NCBI GenBank assembly: GCA_051362555.1
Contig: CM120640.1
Coordinates: 27,986,503 to 28,050,502 of the forward strand
Length of the DNA stretch: 64,000 nucleotides
From: Lingula anatina
Lineage: Eukaryota > Animalia > Brachiopoda
Direction: 5' to 3'
The notes beneath the pieces were generated by a model. The model had not been told where the DNA came from. It ran no database searches and saw only the letters and a list, made by a program, of their open reading frames with translations. Every line of letters begins with the position of its first letter. The first letter of the stretch is position 1. Made by a program: the position numbers and the translations under genes. Below, piece by piece: positions 38,167-52,232 of this stretch.

Positions 38167-41100
38167 CAACATCATGCTTGGCATATTAAATCGTGACACT
38201 GAATCAGAAAAAAAACGCCTTGATTGCCGCCAAGTTTTTAGCACCACCCGGTCTTTTTAATGTGTAGCAGTTTTTACATTTAATTAACCTCCGTGAAGGT
38301 AAAAAGGAATTAATGTTTATACATATATTTCACGATAAACTGGAACTGTTAAGGATATTCCTTATTTGCTGCCTTACATTATTTTGGGTAATTGATAAAT
38401 CTTCAGCGTTCAGTGACTAAATTAACATTTACACCCATGTCATTAGGCCTACGGGAGACGTCATAAAAACTGAAAAATCGGTTTCTCAAATTTCTGAGCA
38501 CCCACGATCACCGTTTCAAAGCCGATTGAATGACACCATTTAGTACTCCAAAACCCTGGCAGCGATTTTTCTTAGAGGTCTATGTTCAGATTTTATCTTT
38601 GATAAAGCAAATGAATACCTTTTTAAATGAAAGTCTGTAATTAGGGGCTCATAATCCAACAACAAAACATTTATAATTGAGTTCTAGGTTCCAAGTTTTG
38701 TCTCGCTGATATGAACGAGAATACCTACCAGGGGCGGATCCAGGATTATTTGAAGGGGGGTACGCGGATGCAAAATCAACCCCCCTCCCCTTTGGCGAGG
38801 GGTTCGGGGCCCGCTGAAGAGCCCGCTGAAGGGCCCCGAAAAATTTGATAGAGGGCGAACGGTGCTATTTGGTACGGTTTAGAACTATATGATTCAGTTA
38901 GTCAAAATACAAATTTCAAGAGGGGACCATTGGTGAGATTTTTATCAGAAATCCGCCACTGATTGCAGGCTTTCGTACTTAAAAAAAAAAAAAAACTGAA
39001 GGCAAAGACCATTTTCCAATATATCATTTTCAGGAAGAAGGTGTTAAAATGTAATCGCTGTTGTCTCCTTACAAGACTGTTCCATACAAAACTGAAACTC
39101 CATATACTAATTGAAAATATTTATTTCAACGAACCTCTGTCTTTTAAAGCCTACATAATATTTAGAAAGAATGGTATCAAAGTTCCATACAAAACTGAAA
39201 CTCCATATACTAATTGAAAATATTTATTTCAACGAACCTCTGTCTTTTAAAGCCTACATAATATTTAGAAGGAATGGTATCAAAGCAAAAAAAAAATCGT
39301 GTGACCAACACAACTTCGCTCGGGATGACAGCGATGTTAATGTTAGCGACCAGTTATATAGAAAGGACCCGTTTGTCCTGCCCATATTAAACTATTTCTA
39401 CTGATTGGCTTCATTATATAAAATATTGTGGATCTTGGGTTTTAATATATATACAGAGTCATAAAAACGCTTTATTCGATTATGATGGTTAAAAGTAGTT
39501 ATTTAAGTAGTATGTTTTAACAAGTGGACTTCAGTTGTATCAAAAACGTACTGTTAATATTTTGATAGTGAACATTTGTGAGCAGTTTTAGCCAAAACCT
39601 CTCACCCAAAATGGGCCAAATCTGTTGTAATTTGCATAACAATAAGTTGCCCGTCGTAGTGCGAGCTGAATACTCACTCTGCAGCTGGGCACAGTTGAGC
39701 GAAGACGAAACATTATGTGGCGAACTCACAAGTTTAAGCTTTTATAAGACGTAGAAGCAAGTATTTGGTAAGTAGCACTACTTCTTCAATAACCTCCCTC
39801 AATAAAACACGAGTGCAACCGAATGAAAGAAAATTTATTGTAGATATTAGTACTAGTAACGCGATTTGTTGTAACATTATGCCCATCAGAATATGTTGGT
39901 TACAGTGCTTTGGGACAACAAACGTACAGGAGAAATGGTGCTATCAGCTGACCATTGATGAAACAATAAGTTTGCTTGAAATCTTTCAAACTAGCTATAT
40001 TTTGTTCTGCACGTGTGAAATTTTTGTATGACCCCTGGCTATTAAAAGCGCATTTGTGACTTAATTTAAAATGTTTTCGTATAAATATAAACATGACTGC
40101 ACAAAAAGACTGATTCATTTAGATAATATTACTTGTCATAGCTCTGAGTTTTGGATACAAGAAGTCTGCCCTATCAAGGTGTACATCAATTTTAAAGTCA
40201 AATTTAATTAACATTTCAAACGTCGCCTTTGAAAACAATTACGATGGTTTTCAGCGATTTCTTTTGGGTTATATAATTTATGTACTGTAAAGGATTGATC
40301 ATTTCACCCGGAAAAAATTAGCAATTTTTAAGATACATCATTTTATTATTACCATTATTATTACTACAAGAATAAGGGTCGACATAGCTATTAAAGTTAT
40401 CTTACTTGTTTCAGATTACACTTGGGCAATCCATTTATGCTTAAAGATTGACATGACTGTCAAAGATCTTTTTGTAAGGTAAGTGTTTTTCATATAATAC
40501 AACACACATTCACGCACATGTCAATTGCTAATAAAGCGATGGTTTACAGATGAAAGCTTTAAGCAGGTTGAGTACCGTCTCCAGTGTGCCGTATTCTGTC
40601 CCTCCATTACACGACCAACTACATGTATATTAAAACTTGATTGTACTTTCATCCAAGTTATGTGTAATTTATTTCATATATTCTTAAAAGAAAATGTTCA
40701 AATAAGATGTGTTGCGCTTCTCTAGAATAAGTCAAAATGATCTCAGTCTGTCAGTTGAATCAAAATTTCTATGCGTTATTTTATTTCAGAAGCCCACGGA
40801 GAATTTGTGCAACATGGGATTGCAAACAACAAAGTCTTTGACATACATCATACTCAATTTCATGTATCTCTTATATCAAATCCGAATAAATATTTCTGTA
40901 ATTCCTCGTTATGTTTTCATATAGATTTTAAAAAAACAGTACAGCAATATTAAAATGGGAAAGGGGAAAGATCACATAGATGTGATTACCTTTGCAAGTT
41001 CAATCTGGAAGAATTGTGTAATTTTCTTTTAGGAATGACGGTTTTCTGTGATACCTGGCGATAGTTAAAATTGAAATGGTTTAATTAAAATTTTGTAATT

Positions 41101-41239
41101 ATGTGCAGTATTTTGTAAATATAAAATTGGACATTAAAGGTTTAACCGGCTGAAAGAATACCTTAATTCCAATATAAAGTATAAATTTACAATCTTGCAA
41201 CCTATTCATAAGATTTAAATTTGTTTGTAGCAACACGCA

Positions 41240-41925
41240 TGTCACCCTTCAAATGAAATGGGGTCATCCCACCTGTCACAACTCAAATGGAATGGATTCT
41301 TCCCACCTGTCACCCCTTAAATGGAATGGAATAGCCCCACCTGTCACCCCTCAAATGGAATGGACTCACCCCACCTGTCACCCCTCAAATGGAATGGATT
41401 CGTCCCACCTGTCACCCCTAAAATGGAATGGGATTGCCCCACCTGTCACCCCTCAAATGGAATGGAATCGCCCCACCTGCCACCCCTCAAATGGAATGGA
41501 ATCGCCCCACCTGCCACCCCTCAAATGGAATGGAATCGCCCCACCTGTCACCCCTCAAATGGAATGGAATCGCCCCACCTGCCACCCCTCAAATGGAACG
41601 AATTCGCCCCACCTGTCACCCCTCAAATGGAATGAATTCGCCCCACCTGTCACCCCTCAAATGGAATGAATTCGCCCCACCTGTCACCCCTAAAATGGAA
41701 TGGATTCGTTCCACCTGTCACCCCTAAAATGGAATGGGATTGCCCCACCTGTCATCCCTAAAATGGAATGGAATCGCCCCATCTGTCATCCCTCAAATGG
41801 AATGGAATCGCCCCACCTGTCACCCCTCAAATGGAATGAATTCGCCCCACCTGTCACCCCTCAAATAGAATGAATTCGCCCCATCTGATGCGTCTCAAAT
41901 TCAATGGACTTGTCCCACCCCTCAA
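41240..41925. repeat. 33-34-bp tandem minisatellite/satellite, about 20 copies
   Basis: Consensus CCCCACCTGTCACCCCTCAAATGGAATGGAATCG, head-to-tail with no unique spacers. Confidence 0.95.
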
Positions 41926-42784
41926 ATTTGATAAACTCGCCCAAAGACGAGACTGTTTTTTTTTCTCTCACTCATATCAATGCAGTCATACATTTCATCT
42001 ACAAGCAAAGACCAAATTTTCGATGTATTATTTATTATATGACATCTTTAATAACAGAAAACCATGAAGAAACAATTAAATATTTACTGAAGGACTCATA
42101 TGCTCAAATAATAAAAGATAATGAGAAAATAGAACAGCCTTTGAACAGGACTGGATTCATTAGACAAAGAATAGGCCAACAGGCGATATTAACCGTTTGA
42201 ATTTGACCGGAAATGAAAAATCTGAAAATTGGCACCTCCAGAATTTGCTCATATAAAGAATTCGTGCCATTATAATGAAACTGCTTTGTGTTAATTTGTT
42301 TTTTTTAATTAACAAAATTTAAAGGCCCTTTTAGATTTAATCTGGAGAACAAAAAATGCATTCCAAATAGAGTATAGTATAGGCTCTAAAAATCCAGTAC
42401 ATATCAATTTTACTTTAAATGTGTATTTTAGATTGAATCAAAAACTACCCCCAAAAAGCGCATTTATTTTCATAAATTGCTTGTAATTCACAGGTGTAAA
42501 TATTAACAGTAAAAATTGACTAGTACAATGCAAATTATAATAATATGATAAGGTAGTTGATTGGCTAAATAAACAATCTTACCCAAACTTCAACATCGTG
42601 AAAATTGCGTTTTTACTCTCACCTTTGAAATTTGTGAACACTCACATTATGTCATTTTAAACATTTTAATAACTGCACTATTGCATAATGAGAAATTTAA
42701 AAAGAAGCTGGATTGGTTCCAAATAAAATGATGTACATATCATGCCCTAAGGTATAATTTAAAAGATATGATCAGTCCCTAGGG

Positions 42785-42994
<210 letters not shown>

Positions 42995-45824
42995 CATGTA
43001 CAATTTTCAACACATGGCATCTGCGGTGCGAATGGATCTGGATCTACGGTAGATTTTAAAATATGTCTTGGAGACCAGAAATGCTTTAGTCAGGCGCACG
43101 TGCACTCCGCAGGATCTCGGCAAAGGCGTTTGCAGTTCTGAAATATCAAAATAACATGTAAATGCGATAAATATTTCAATCTTCAAAAGCAGAGAATCCG
43201 AATAAAGATTAGATCAACTGAAAATGGAAAAACCTCTGCTCATCTCCCCCCTCCCCCCCCCCCCAAAAAAAAAAAAAAAGAAATCACATTGAAGCTAACT
43301 GAACACCAAATTTGAAAAGTCGACTGAAGGGGGTTTGTATGAAAGATTTTAAAAAATTTGATATTTCACCATGAGAAGAATCACAAGAAATAATGCGGCC
43401 AATTATTTTGGAAAGCGTTTACAACGTAAAGGGACCATTTCCATACCGATTGCTATCTCAACTCAAAACAGAAAAGTGCTAAATTGACGATTAAAGTTTT
43501 AAGTTGCCTATGCTTACACATGGAAGCGAAAAAATATAAACGCCGATATTTTATATTTTCGAGTTTTTTTTCATCGTTTGAAATCAGCACAAAAAAAGAT
43601 ACATTATTGAATAATTAGATAAAGGAAAAAACTCACTTTTGGTATCTGGATGATAATAAAGGGTTGCAATAACCATAAGTCAAAGCTTTAGGGTCTAGAC
43701 GGCTAACTTACACAAACAAGTCATCGTGAAAAACTTTAATAGTTTTCTCTCATTAATGGTCCAATTGAAAATATGGAAATCTTTTTTAAAATACTGGTAA
43801 AACTGAATGCACTGTTATACTGATCGGTTTGTAATGTAGGCGTCTGAGAAGGTTTCTGAGAAGGTTCACACTAATATATCATGTACTATGGAAGTGTTTG
43901 AAATACGAAATGTGTTCAGGTGGCCTAATTACGTACAGTGAGTGACATTGAAGTGTAAGCATCTGGGCACCCAAAAATTAAACTATCTCATATAACTTTC
44001 TTCATCTTATATATTTGTGTTTTTACTGGCAGCACGTGCTTTTCAAGATTTTTGAAGATATCACTAGGCAACTTTTCTCAAATCCAGTCAATTACTCAGG
44101 CCAACGTAAAGTATAGAACCATTAAAATAATAAGAAATTATTATCTGGTAGTTTGAACTCGTAAAAAACATGAAAAAGCTTTTACTCACATGACAAATTT
44201 GTTACAATTTTCGAAGCTGAATGAAAATTCCGGCTCTGCGACTTCATCACACATATTGATCAGCGTCCTGTCCTTACAGTGTGCAGCTGTCAAGTGACCA
44301 GTCAAGATATGAGTAGTGCGCACTGCGCTGAGCGACTTACTGTTATGCAAATTACATCGGGTTTGGCACATTTTGATTGAGGGGTTGCTGTTGAAATCAT
44401 TTTCATTTGAATTATAGTCTGGCTTATTTGAAGGCACAATAAGTCTCCATCTCGAAAGAGGATTAGGCAGGGTCTAATTTCAAGAGGGGAATATTGATGT
44501 GATATATTTTTCAGAAGCCGAAGGGGGGGGGGGGGGAGTCAGGACCCCCCTGACCCTCCCTCTAAATCCGCCACTGCCTACAATTTTAACTTTGTTTAAG
44601 AGTATACCGCAGTTATTGTCAAAACACAATGTGTTTTAAATAGATCGTAAATTTTAAAGCATAGGAGCGAGACTTTGCATCAAAATAACGCAATAAAATA
44701 AAAACGCAATATGATAAAAAAACATTGTCATAACATACGTTACATCCAGAGAAGAATTTCGTCAGCTGTGTTATGTTGTAAGAATGATGTGATCTTTTCC
44801 TCAGTCAACAGCTAATATTGAGATTTTACCTCCAATATTTACCTCCAATATTTCGATGTCTAGCAGGACATCGCATACGTTACATTGCTTTAAATAAATG
44901 TTAAAGATAAAAGAAAAGGGATTTGCATCAAAATAGAGCAAGACTTTTGATTAATGATCATGATATGAATAGCAAACTTGAACATCTACGCTGGTAAATT
45001 AGTTGTTTTTGTATTAACTCTAACAAACTGTATTAACTGTAACTGTCGTAATAATAACAGTTTTGTATTAACTTTAACTGTTGTATTAACTTTAACATGT
45101 ATCATAATGTTGTTAAGTGATAACTGAAGTTAAAGATACAATGCACGTAACACCTTTCCATAAAAATTTAATATATTGAAAATTTGTGCAACTCTCCCTT
45201 TATCATCAAATATAGCCTACCACAATCAATAAATACCGTTTTTGAGGTCGCGCTTTTTCAATCTTACGTAATTTTCAAGGGAATGCATTAATCTTGACTA
45301 TTATGCAAAACAGGAATTTTGGACACTCAAGACCAAATTTGGACACTCAAGACCAGAGATAAGATATCATGGCCTCATCTATTTACAGAACTTATGTGCC
45401 ACTGACGTCAAAAATCCAGGGAGAACAACAAATGTGCAGATCCGCTCAAAAAAGCTACAGTTATACGCAGATCAGTGTGCAATTCAGAATTTACTTCATT
45501 GCACAATATTTCTCTAAGCTTAAACAGTTAAATGTTTTGATCTCGCTCTTGTCATAAACTCGCTTACGTCTTTGAATCGCAGTTATTAATTATTAATTCA
45601 ACATCACTTGATGATATGCCATAAATTAAATGCGGTTTTATAGCTACCTGTATTAAATTAGCTTCAGTGAAGGTCAAAAAGAATTAATGCATATAAATGT
45701 AATATAACACCTTGAGTTGAGGTTGACATGCAGATGCGGGTGATTTTATATTAACTTACACGCGACTTATTGCATCCATATCCATACCTCTTTAGAAGTA
45801 ATATCACAACTAAAAAACTACAGT

Positions 45825-47800
45825 ATGACAAGATCTGTGATGTTTACTATTTTGGTCGGTTTTGCCATCATTGCTGGCAGCACAGGTATATTATTTTTAG
45901 AAAAGAATTTTGTCTTATATATTGATAGTTTTATATTTCCAACTGTATGTCATGTTCTTTTAGGTTGAAATTGTCAATTTAAATGAAAAATTCTGAAACT
46001 AACTAAATTCATACGAAAAGTGTTGTTTCTATAGTGAATATGCAGTATGCTCATATTTCTGTACAAACGTGAATCCTAGTGAAGATCGGTAGTTATGTGT
46101 ACGTAAGTGAAATATGGTATGAATTATGTTAAATATTTAAATGTTTGCTATGATATTAATGTGGTTATGCCATAATTCTCCAGTTTTTCCTGTGGAAACT
46201 AGAAAAGCTTCTGCGGAACCTGCCAAGGTTGGTATATTAAAACATTACGGTGTAAACGTTCCACAAGAAAGATAGTTGTACATTATAATTGATTTTCAAA
46301 AACTGTATTGTATTGTTGTCAGGGAAATTTGTTCATATCCTAGCAATGTTAATAATGATATATTTATTTTCTGTTAAGCTGCATTAAAATGTTCAGCAAA
46401 CGTAAAGTAAATGAAATTAGTCTTTGAAAATACATTTATCAAGAAATATAAAATCTAAAATATTCAAAGGATTGTGATTCTAGATTGAAAATGCAGTCTA
46501 ATTCTCACATAAATCAGTTACAAATAAGATGATCAATTACATACATTTTTAAGCCAGCTGATTCAAATGAGTGGATTTCAATTGGACCGGTGTAACGGAA
46601 CTGAGGGTCCGTGTAACAGAAATTGCGACCTCCATTTAGTTATAATAGTTAGGGTTAGTCTGACCTATGTGGGTCAAAGACTTGCCTGTACAAATGAATG
46701 GGAAGCGGACTCTCTGTCAGGGTACATCCGCTGACTTAGAAGAGATGTCCCCACAAAGTATAAGACGCATTTTCACAGGTTTCAATATTGTGTCCTAGTG
46801 GTGATTTCACGGCCAAATTACAGTTTAGAAACTTCCTGTTTAAAATTATGTTCGTGTTTGGTAGAGATTGTTTAGATGTCTCAGTTAAATTGATATTGCT
46901 TGAATCTGAATCCGTTTATGTATTTTATTCATCAGAAAGAACTGTAATCAAATGTCATCTCCTAGTTACAGTTAAACCAACTCTACTGAATGTCTTAATT
47001 GACTTCAATATGTCTTGCTATTGGTGTTTATGTACTTCTATGCACTACTAGAGAATAGTTTGTATTGCCATAAGATAAGTTTGGTAAGTCGCACCGATAG
47101 CTGGATTGTCCGTACTGTCTTAGGAGACTCAAGATCTATCAGCCAAAGAAATAAACGTAGAGATTAGTCAGTTTGTAGGTGATCTCTTAAAAACCACCGT
47201 TGTGTTACTTGTGTCACAAGCTGGCGAAGTAATCTAGTCCTTGGAACCCCAATGATATAGTGACTTAAAGGTCAATTTCATGGTGATTTAACGGACTGGT
47301 TAATTTCAAAAGAATTGGTTGCTTTCAAGTGTGAACATAATTTTTTCGGTACTAGTTCCAGTGTCCTGAACCGCAGTCGTGCACAACCATTCCATCCAAC
47401 TGTATCAAGACGGTTACCCCGTATGGTCTCTACTTCGGCGGCTTAGTATGCGCAGAATGTCCTGTATGTGAGATTTATAAATACCCCGATTTAACATGGT
47501 AGGTATACAAATTTCCACATTAAATAAATAGAATCGTTTCAAAAAATCATCATCGAAAAAAAAAAAAAATGAAACATAGATGAGCCTATATATCTCCACC
47601 CCCACTAGCCCACAAAGCGATCCTGACTTCAAATGTAGCATTTTACAAACTCATGTCCTTTCAGGTGCTCGATGATTCCCGGATGTATTCAAATGCCGAG
47701 TGACTGCCTCATACAGTTGCCTACTGGTTACCTCTCAGACGCTTGTGATGAAACCTGTTTCCTCTGTCCAGTGTGCATTCTGACCAAGAGAATACCGTAA
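45825..47800 (+). CDS. Small secreted cysteine-rich protein, paralog A (4 exons, about 125 aa)
   Basis: Exons 45825-45885, 46184-46227, 47362-47498, 47665-47800 (GT-AG, phases 1-0-2, 378 nt). MTRSVMFTILVGFAIIAGSTVFPVETRKASAEPAKCPEPQSCTTIPSNCIKTVTPYGLYFGGLVCAECPVCEIYKYPDLTWCSMIPGCIQMPSDCLIQLPTGYLSDACDETCFLCPVCILTKRIP*. Exon structure is the same as paralog B. Confidence 0.85.
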
Positions 47801-47885
47801 AATTGCGTTCAAGGTTCCAAGTTTTGTTCCGCTGTAATAGATGAAATTATCTACTATTTTGACTTTGTTACAGTGTATACCGCAA

Positions 47886-48057
47886 CAGGCCCGTAGCCGG
47901 AAATTTCAAAAGGGGGGTTCTTTTTCTGAAAAAGTGGACCTTTTACCATACAACTTTCATGTACCTTTATTAAATTTCACCCAGAGGGGACCTTTTCCCT
48001 GCAAAAAGGGGGGTTCTTTCGAACCCCCCGAATCCCCTCCCCCTGGCTACGGGCCTG
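47886..48057. mobile_element. hAT-like MITE (CAGGCCCGTAGCC ends), 5-bp TSD CGCAA
   Basis: CGCAA|CAGGCCCGTAGCC...GGCTACGGGCCTG|CGCAA. An empty paralogous site lies at about 44601-44620. Confidence 0.85.
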
Positions 48058-49324
48058 CGCAATTATTGTCAAAGCACAATGTGTTTCAAATAGATCTTAA
48101 ATTTTAAAACATAGGGACGAGACTTTGCATCAAAATGTGGCGAGTGTTTTGATTGATGATTATGATATGAATAATAAACTGGAACATCTACGATCACAAT
48201 TAAGTGTTTTTTGTATATTTTGTAACAACGTGTTTTGTTATGTTCTAGAGATAACTGGTGTCAAACATGTACCTTAACAGAGCAAAATGCTTTTTAAAAA
48301 AATAATCCTAAACAATGTTAAAAAAAGTATTGTTGTACAAAACATGAATCGAAAAACTAAATACATTTGGACACTGAAAGGTATAACTGTACGCTTTTGA
48401 ATGGCCAGTCTTTTGGAACTAAATCAAAATGGAGAACATCGAATACAAGTGCAGTGACGTATCGAGCAATGATTCGTTAGTAAGAAATATTGTTTTTCCT
48501 CGTGGAATATTAAGTTTGGTGGCTTAATCCAGTATAGAGTACCTATAAGTTTAATGTCATTTGTACCTCTACAGAATTTAAGTATCACTGACGTCAAAAC
48601 TACAGGAATTTTGCAGACCCGCGCAATTTAAACGATATCCCATGGGCCTTTTTTATCATAGAAAATTTCATTAAAGGGATAATAACTCTTCGTATGAGAT
48701 CTAAATTTCACAATAAAAACATTGTGAACAACTCATAGAAATTAAATATATTCTGTTGTACCACAAAAACGGCAGTTATAGCTATTATTTCGATATCTGA
48801 GCTTGTCTCTAGATCACGTGACCTCCATTGATGGTTATACTCTATTATAATCTCTTAAGAGGTTTTAATAAAAAACCAAACTTTTTAGAAAAAAACCAGG
48901 GACTAACTTTGAATGTAGAAATGGATTCATTAACCATTGGTTAGTATGGGAATATTGTTGTTTACTCCAGGAAAATTCTTTTTTTTTTTTTTTTTTTTTT
49001 TTTTTGGCCAAAACGAAAAGTTATTTTCCCTTTAAGCACTCGGCAAGAGTCCCCGCAGAGTTGGATCGATCTACGTAGACCGATGGTGACTATGGGAATT
49101 GGGTCTTAGTCTAAGGCACTACGGCATTCATTAAATGTCACCTGTCAAAATGCCTTGTCAAAATGAGGTTGATATATAGCTGCGGGTGTGTGTGGTGACA
49201 TCAGGGATTGCTCTTTGAAAACATCCGTGTCAACCATATACACTTCAAAACGCCTTTTGGCTGCCACGCGACTGCTTGTGTCCATATCTCCTTGGAAGTA
49301 ACAGCACAGTTAGAAGATTGCAGT

Positions 49325-51067
49325 ATGACAGGATCTCTGATGTTTACTATTTTGGTTGGTTGCGCCATTATTTGTGTCACCAAAGGTAATGTCATTATAT
49401 GATATGATAATTCATGCTAAAATGATTATGTCACTTGAATTTGTTGTCGAAAAGTACTGTTGCAAGAATCTTCAAACAAAAAAATTTTCCTCACAATTGA
49501 ATAAACTAATTCTCAGTATAGGACAACCGAAACGTTGTTCTTCGAGTGGTGATCATAACTTATTTATTTTCGTTTTTAAAGAAGACGATACTAACATTTC
49601 CCAGACCATATGTTTGTTTTGTTGTATGAACATATCCGATATCAGTGCGTCATACACGACACATCCTGTATCCACAGGACAAAAGGATGGGTCTGAAATA
49701 TGATAATTTTAATTTTAAAATTATTCCATTTATGAAATCTCTCTTCTAGTTTCTCAAGTGGAGAGCAAAGGGACATACTCCGTGGTAAGTGTATTACTGA
49801 TAGCGTTCAAAGGGTCTGTAAGAAATAATAAAAATTGTTTACTCCTCATCCATTATATTACCCCCTATCATAAAAAAAGCAGGTAAGTGGAAAAGGTCAA
49901 GACGGCCAAACAACGTTGGTCTTTAATCCAGCATTATAATACTATTTAACATGCAAACAAAACGAGTTGTTTTCGGAACAAAATGGGTTTTGCGAGATGG
50001 CGCATGGTGGCTCTGGATGGCTAAAATTGGTATATAATTTGGGTCAGTTAGACCGAAAAAAAAACAAGTCATTGTCATATTATAATATTATATGTTACAG
50101 GCCCGTAGCCAGCAATTGCGAAAGGGTGTTCCTTTTCTGAAAAAGTGAATGAATGGCCCTTTTCCTGGCAATAAAGGGTGGTTCTTTTGACAACCCGCCG
50201 CCCCCCCCCCCAAAAAAAAAAAAAAACAAAAAACCCTAGCTACGGGCCTGTATTATATTCTTATTTATGGTCTTGTCCACTTTATCTGTAAGGCATAGAG
50301 AAACCATTTGAATACAAACATGGTAATATTGGGAAAACTAGAGTGGCGTTAGCTTTATTAATTTATTTACCTATCATTTTTTTTTTTTTTTTTTTTGCGA
50401 TATGACCATCAACACGCTTTATATAGGGATTAATATCTGGCATGTTGGTATGACACATAGCAAACACTTGTTATGCAACTACATTTCCTTTTTAGTGTCC
50501 TATCCTAAGGTGTGAAGCTATTCCAAAATCGTGCATCAAGGAGGTAACACCATCTGACCTCTACCCGGACGGTACACTATGTAAAAAGTGTCCTGTCTGT
50601 GAAGTCTATAGATATCCACAATACGATGGGTACGTATCGGGCTTCCCGTAGTTGTTTAAAATTTGAAGTATTTTGTTTAATTCATTTAATTAATCTTTTT
50701 CAAGATAGAAACTGAATCTGTCAGCCTATACCATGCCAAGTTACTTTACATCGTTTTATCATCCATATAAGTAATATCATCACATAAGAAATATTGAGAT
50801 ATGGGATTGCATATTCCTAATTATAAATTTTTTACAATAAAAATAGATTAAGTTGACTTCTGCTCCTTGGATTAAAACTTTTAATTTAAACTGATGTGAA
50901 AACCTCTCTTGAGGGTATTACACTTATGTCTTTACAGATGCCAGATAACTCCACGTTGTGTCGCACAGCCCAACTGCTTGATATATTTACCGACAGGTTA
51001 TCTGCCAAGAGCATGTGATCAGATATGTCATCTTTGCCCAGTTTGCATTCTTACTAAGAAAATTTAA
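49325..51067 (+). CDS. Small secreted cysteine-rich protein, paralog B (4 exons, about 119 aa)
   Basis: Exons 49325-49385, 49750-49784, 50496-50629, 50938-51067 (360 nt). MTGSLMFTILVGCAIICVTKVSQVESKGTYSVCPILRCEAIPKSCIKEVTPSDLYPDGTLCKKCPVCEVYRYPQYDGCQITPRCVAQPNCLIYLPTGYLPRACDQICHLCPVCILTKKI*. AATAAA downstream at about 51317. Confidence 0.85.
50098..50250. mobile_element. hAT-like MITE (CAGGCCCGTAGCC family)
   Basis: Same TIRs as 47886-48057. Flanks TGTTA/TATTA. Confidence 0.75.
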
Positions 51068-51624
51068 TAGCAAACAGAGGACAGGCTATGAGACAGAACA
51101 TGAATTAATAGAAGTAGTAATAACTGATGTTTTAATTTAAATTAATGAGAAAAGTCTACCAACGCAAACCTGCTAGTACAGTTATATCTTTCAGTATCCT
51201 TGCTCTCTACTACTATAGGCTAGCTGAGTGATGACGTCAATTTTATGCTGGAGATCTAGCGGTACAGAGAAGTGCATAGAATTGGACAAAGAAATACACT
51301 GTATATGTGAATATCTAATAAAAATCAATCTGTGGGTACAGTTTACAACAGTTTAAATATTTGTATTTCGAAAATTTTTTGAATAAATTTTTTCTTAAAG
51401 AATATAATGACGTAAGTCGAAATAAGTGCATTAGTAATAGATATTATGACTCTGAAAATGGCCTTAACTTCTGATGTGCAAAGAATTATAAAGCAATAAA
51501 CACTGTCGTTTTATGAAGTAAATATTTGTGTGTGCTTCATATAATTGTTAATCCTATTATATATCTACACCATCGCTTTCTGGTGGTTAAGACATTAGAT
51601 TGTTAAAATGATGAAAACCATATG

Positions 51625-51751
51625 CAGTGGTGGAATCAGGGGGGGGTGGGGTGGCAGGGCCAAGGGAGCGAGGGTCGGTTTCGTATCCGAGGCTTAATTG
51701 GCATTCCTAAAAAACGGATCCCTCCTTCAAATAATCCTGGATCCGCCCCTG
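51625..51751 (-). mobile_element. hAT-like MITE (CAGGGGCGGATCC family)
   Basis: The right end is the reverse complement of CAGGGGCGGATCCAGGATTATTTGAAGG, as at 38729. Flanks ATATG/ATGTG. Confidence 0.7.
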
Positions 51752-52232
51752 ATGTGGAAAGATAAATGAATGAGTAAATAGATCAATTTCTGAATAAACA
51801 AATCGACAAACAGTTCATAAATTCAATGAAAAGGTAGGCCTAGACAAATTAGTAAATGAATAAACAAACGAGAAATCATCATTTTTTTATCATAGGAAAT
51901 CACAATTACCAGTACGCGAGTCGTGTTTGTACACAAAAAGGGTTTGTTTAGGCACAATTTTATCTGTTAACAACAGATTTTATCTTCATTCCACTGAATG
52001 GAAGGGATATGGGTATGCGATTAAGTAAAACTACAAAAGAAAATGTACAAATAAAAGGCTTTGCCACACAGGGTATACGAATATTTAGCAATCAAACCTA
52101 GCAAACTTTCGTCACTTAAAATTCGACCAAAATAATCATCGACGATAAGTTATCTTTTATCTTGTAGGTGAACTCGTGTGCTTATTTAGACAGTAGTGGC
52201 AAAGTCTGCTTACTGAACAATAGTACTTTAAC

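Noticed and set aside
39078-39285. Direct duplication of about 105 bp (similar short duplications at about 16964-17125, 34808-34910 and 54720/55503)
   Set aside because: These are local non-coding duplications with no sign of function.
41240-41925. CRISPR-like array and ORFs 41253, 41321, 41428
   Set aside because: The repeats are contiguous with no unique spacers, there are no cas genes and the context is eukaryotic. The ORFs in all three frames simply reflect a stop-poor repeat unit.
44186-44437. 83-aa ORF near the right end of the hAT-like element
   Set aside because: It has a non-ATG start and no recognisable motif, so it cannot be supported as a gene.
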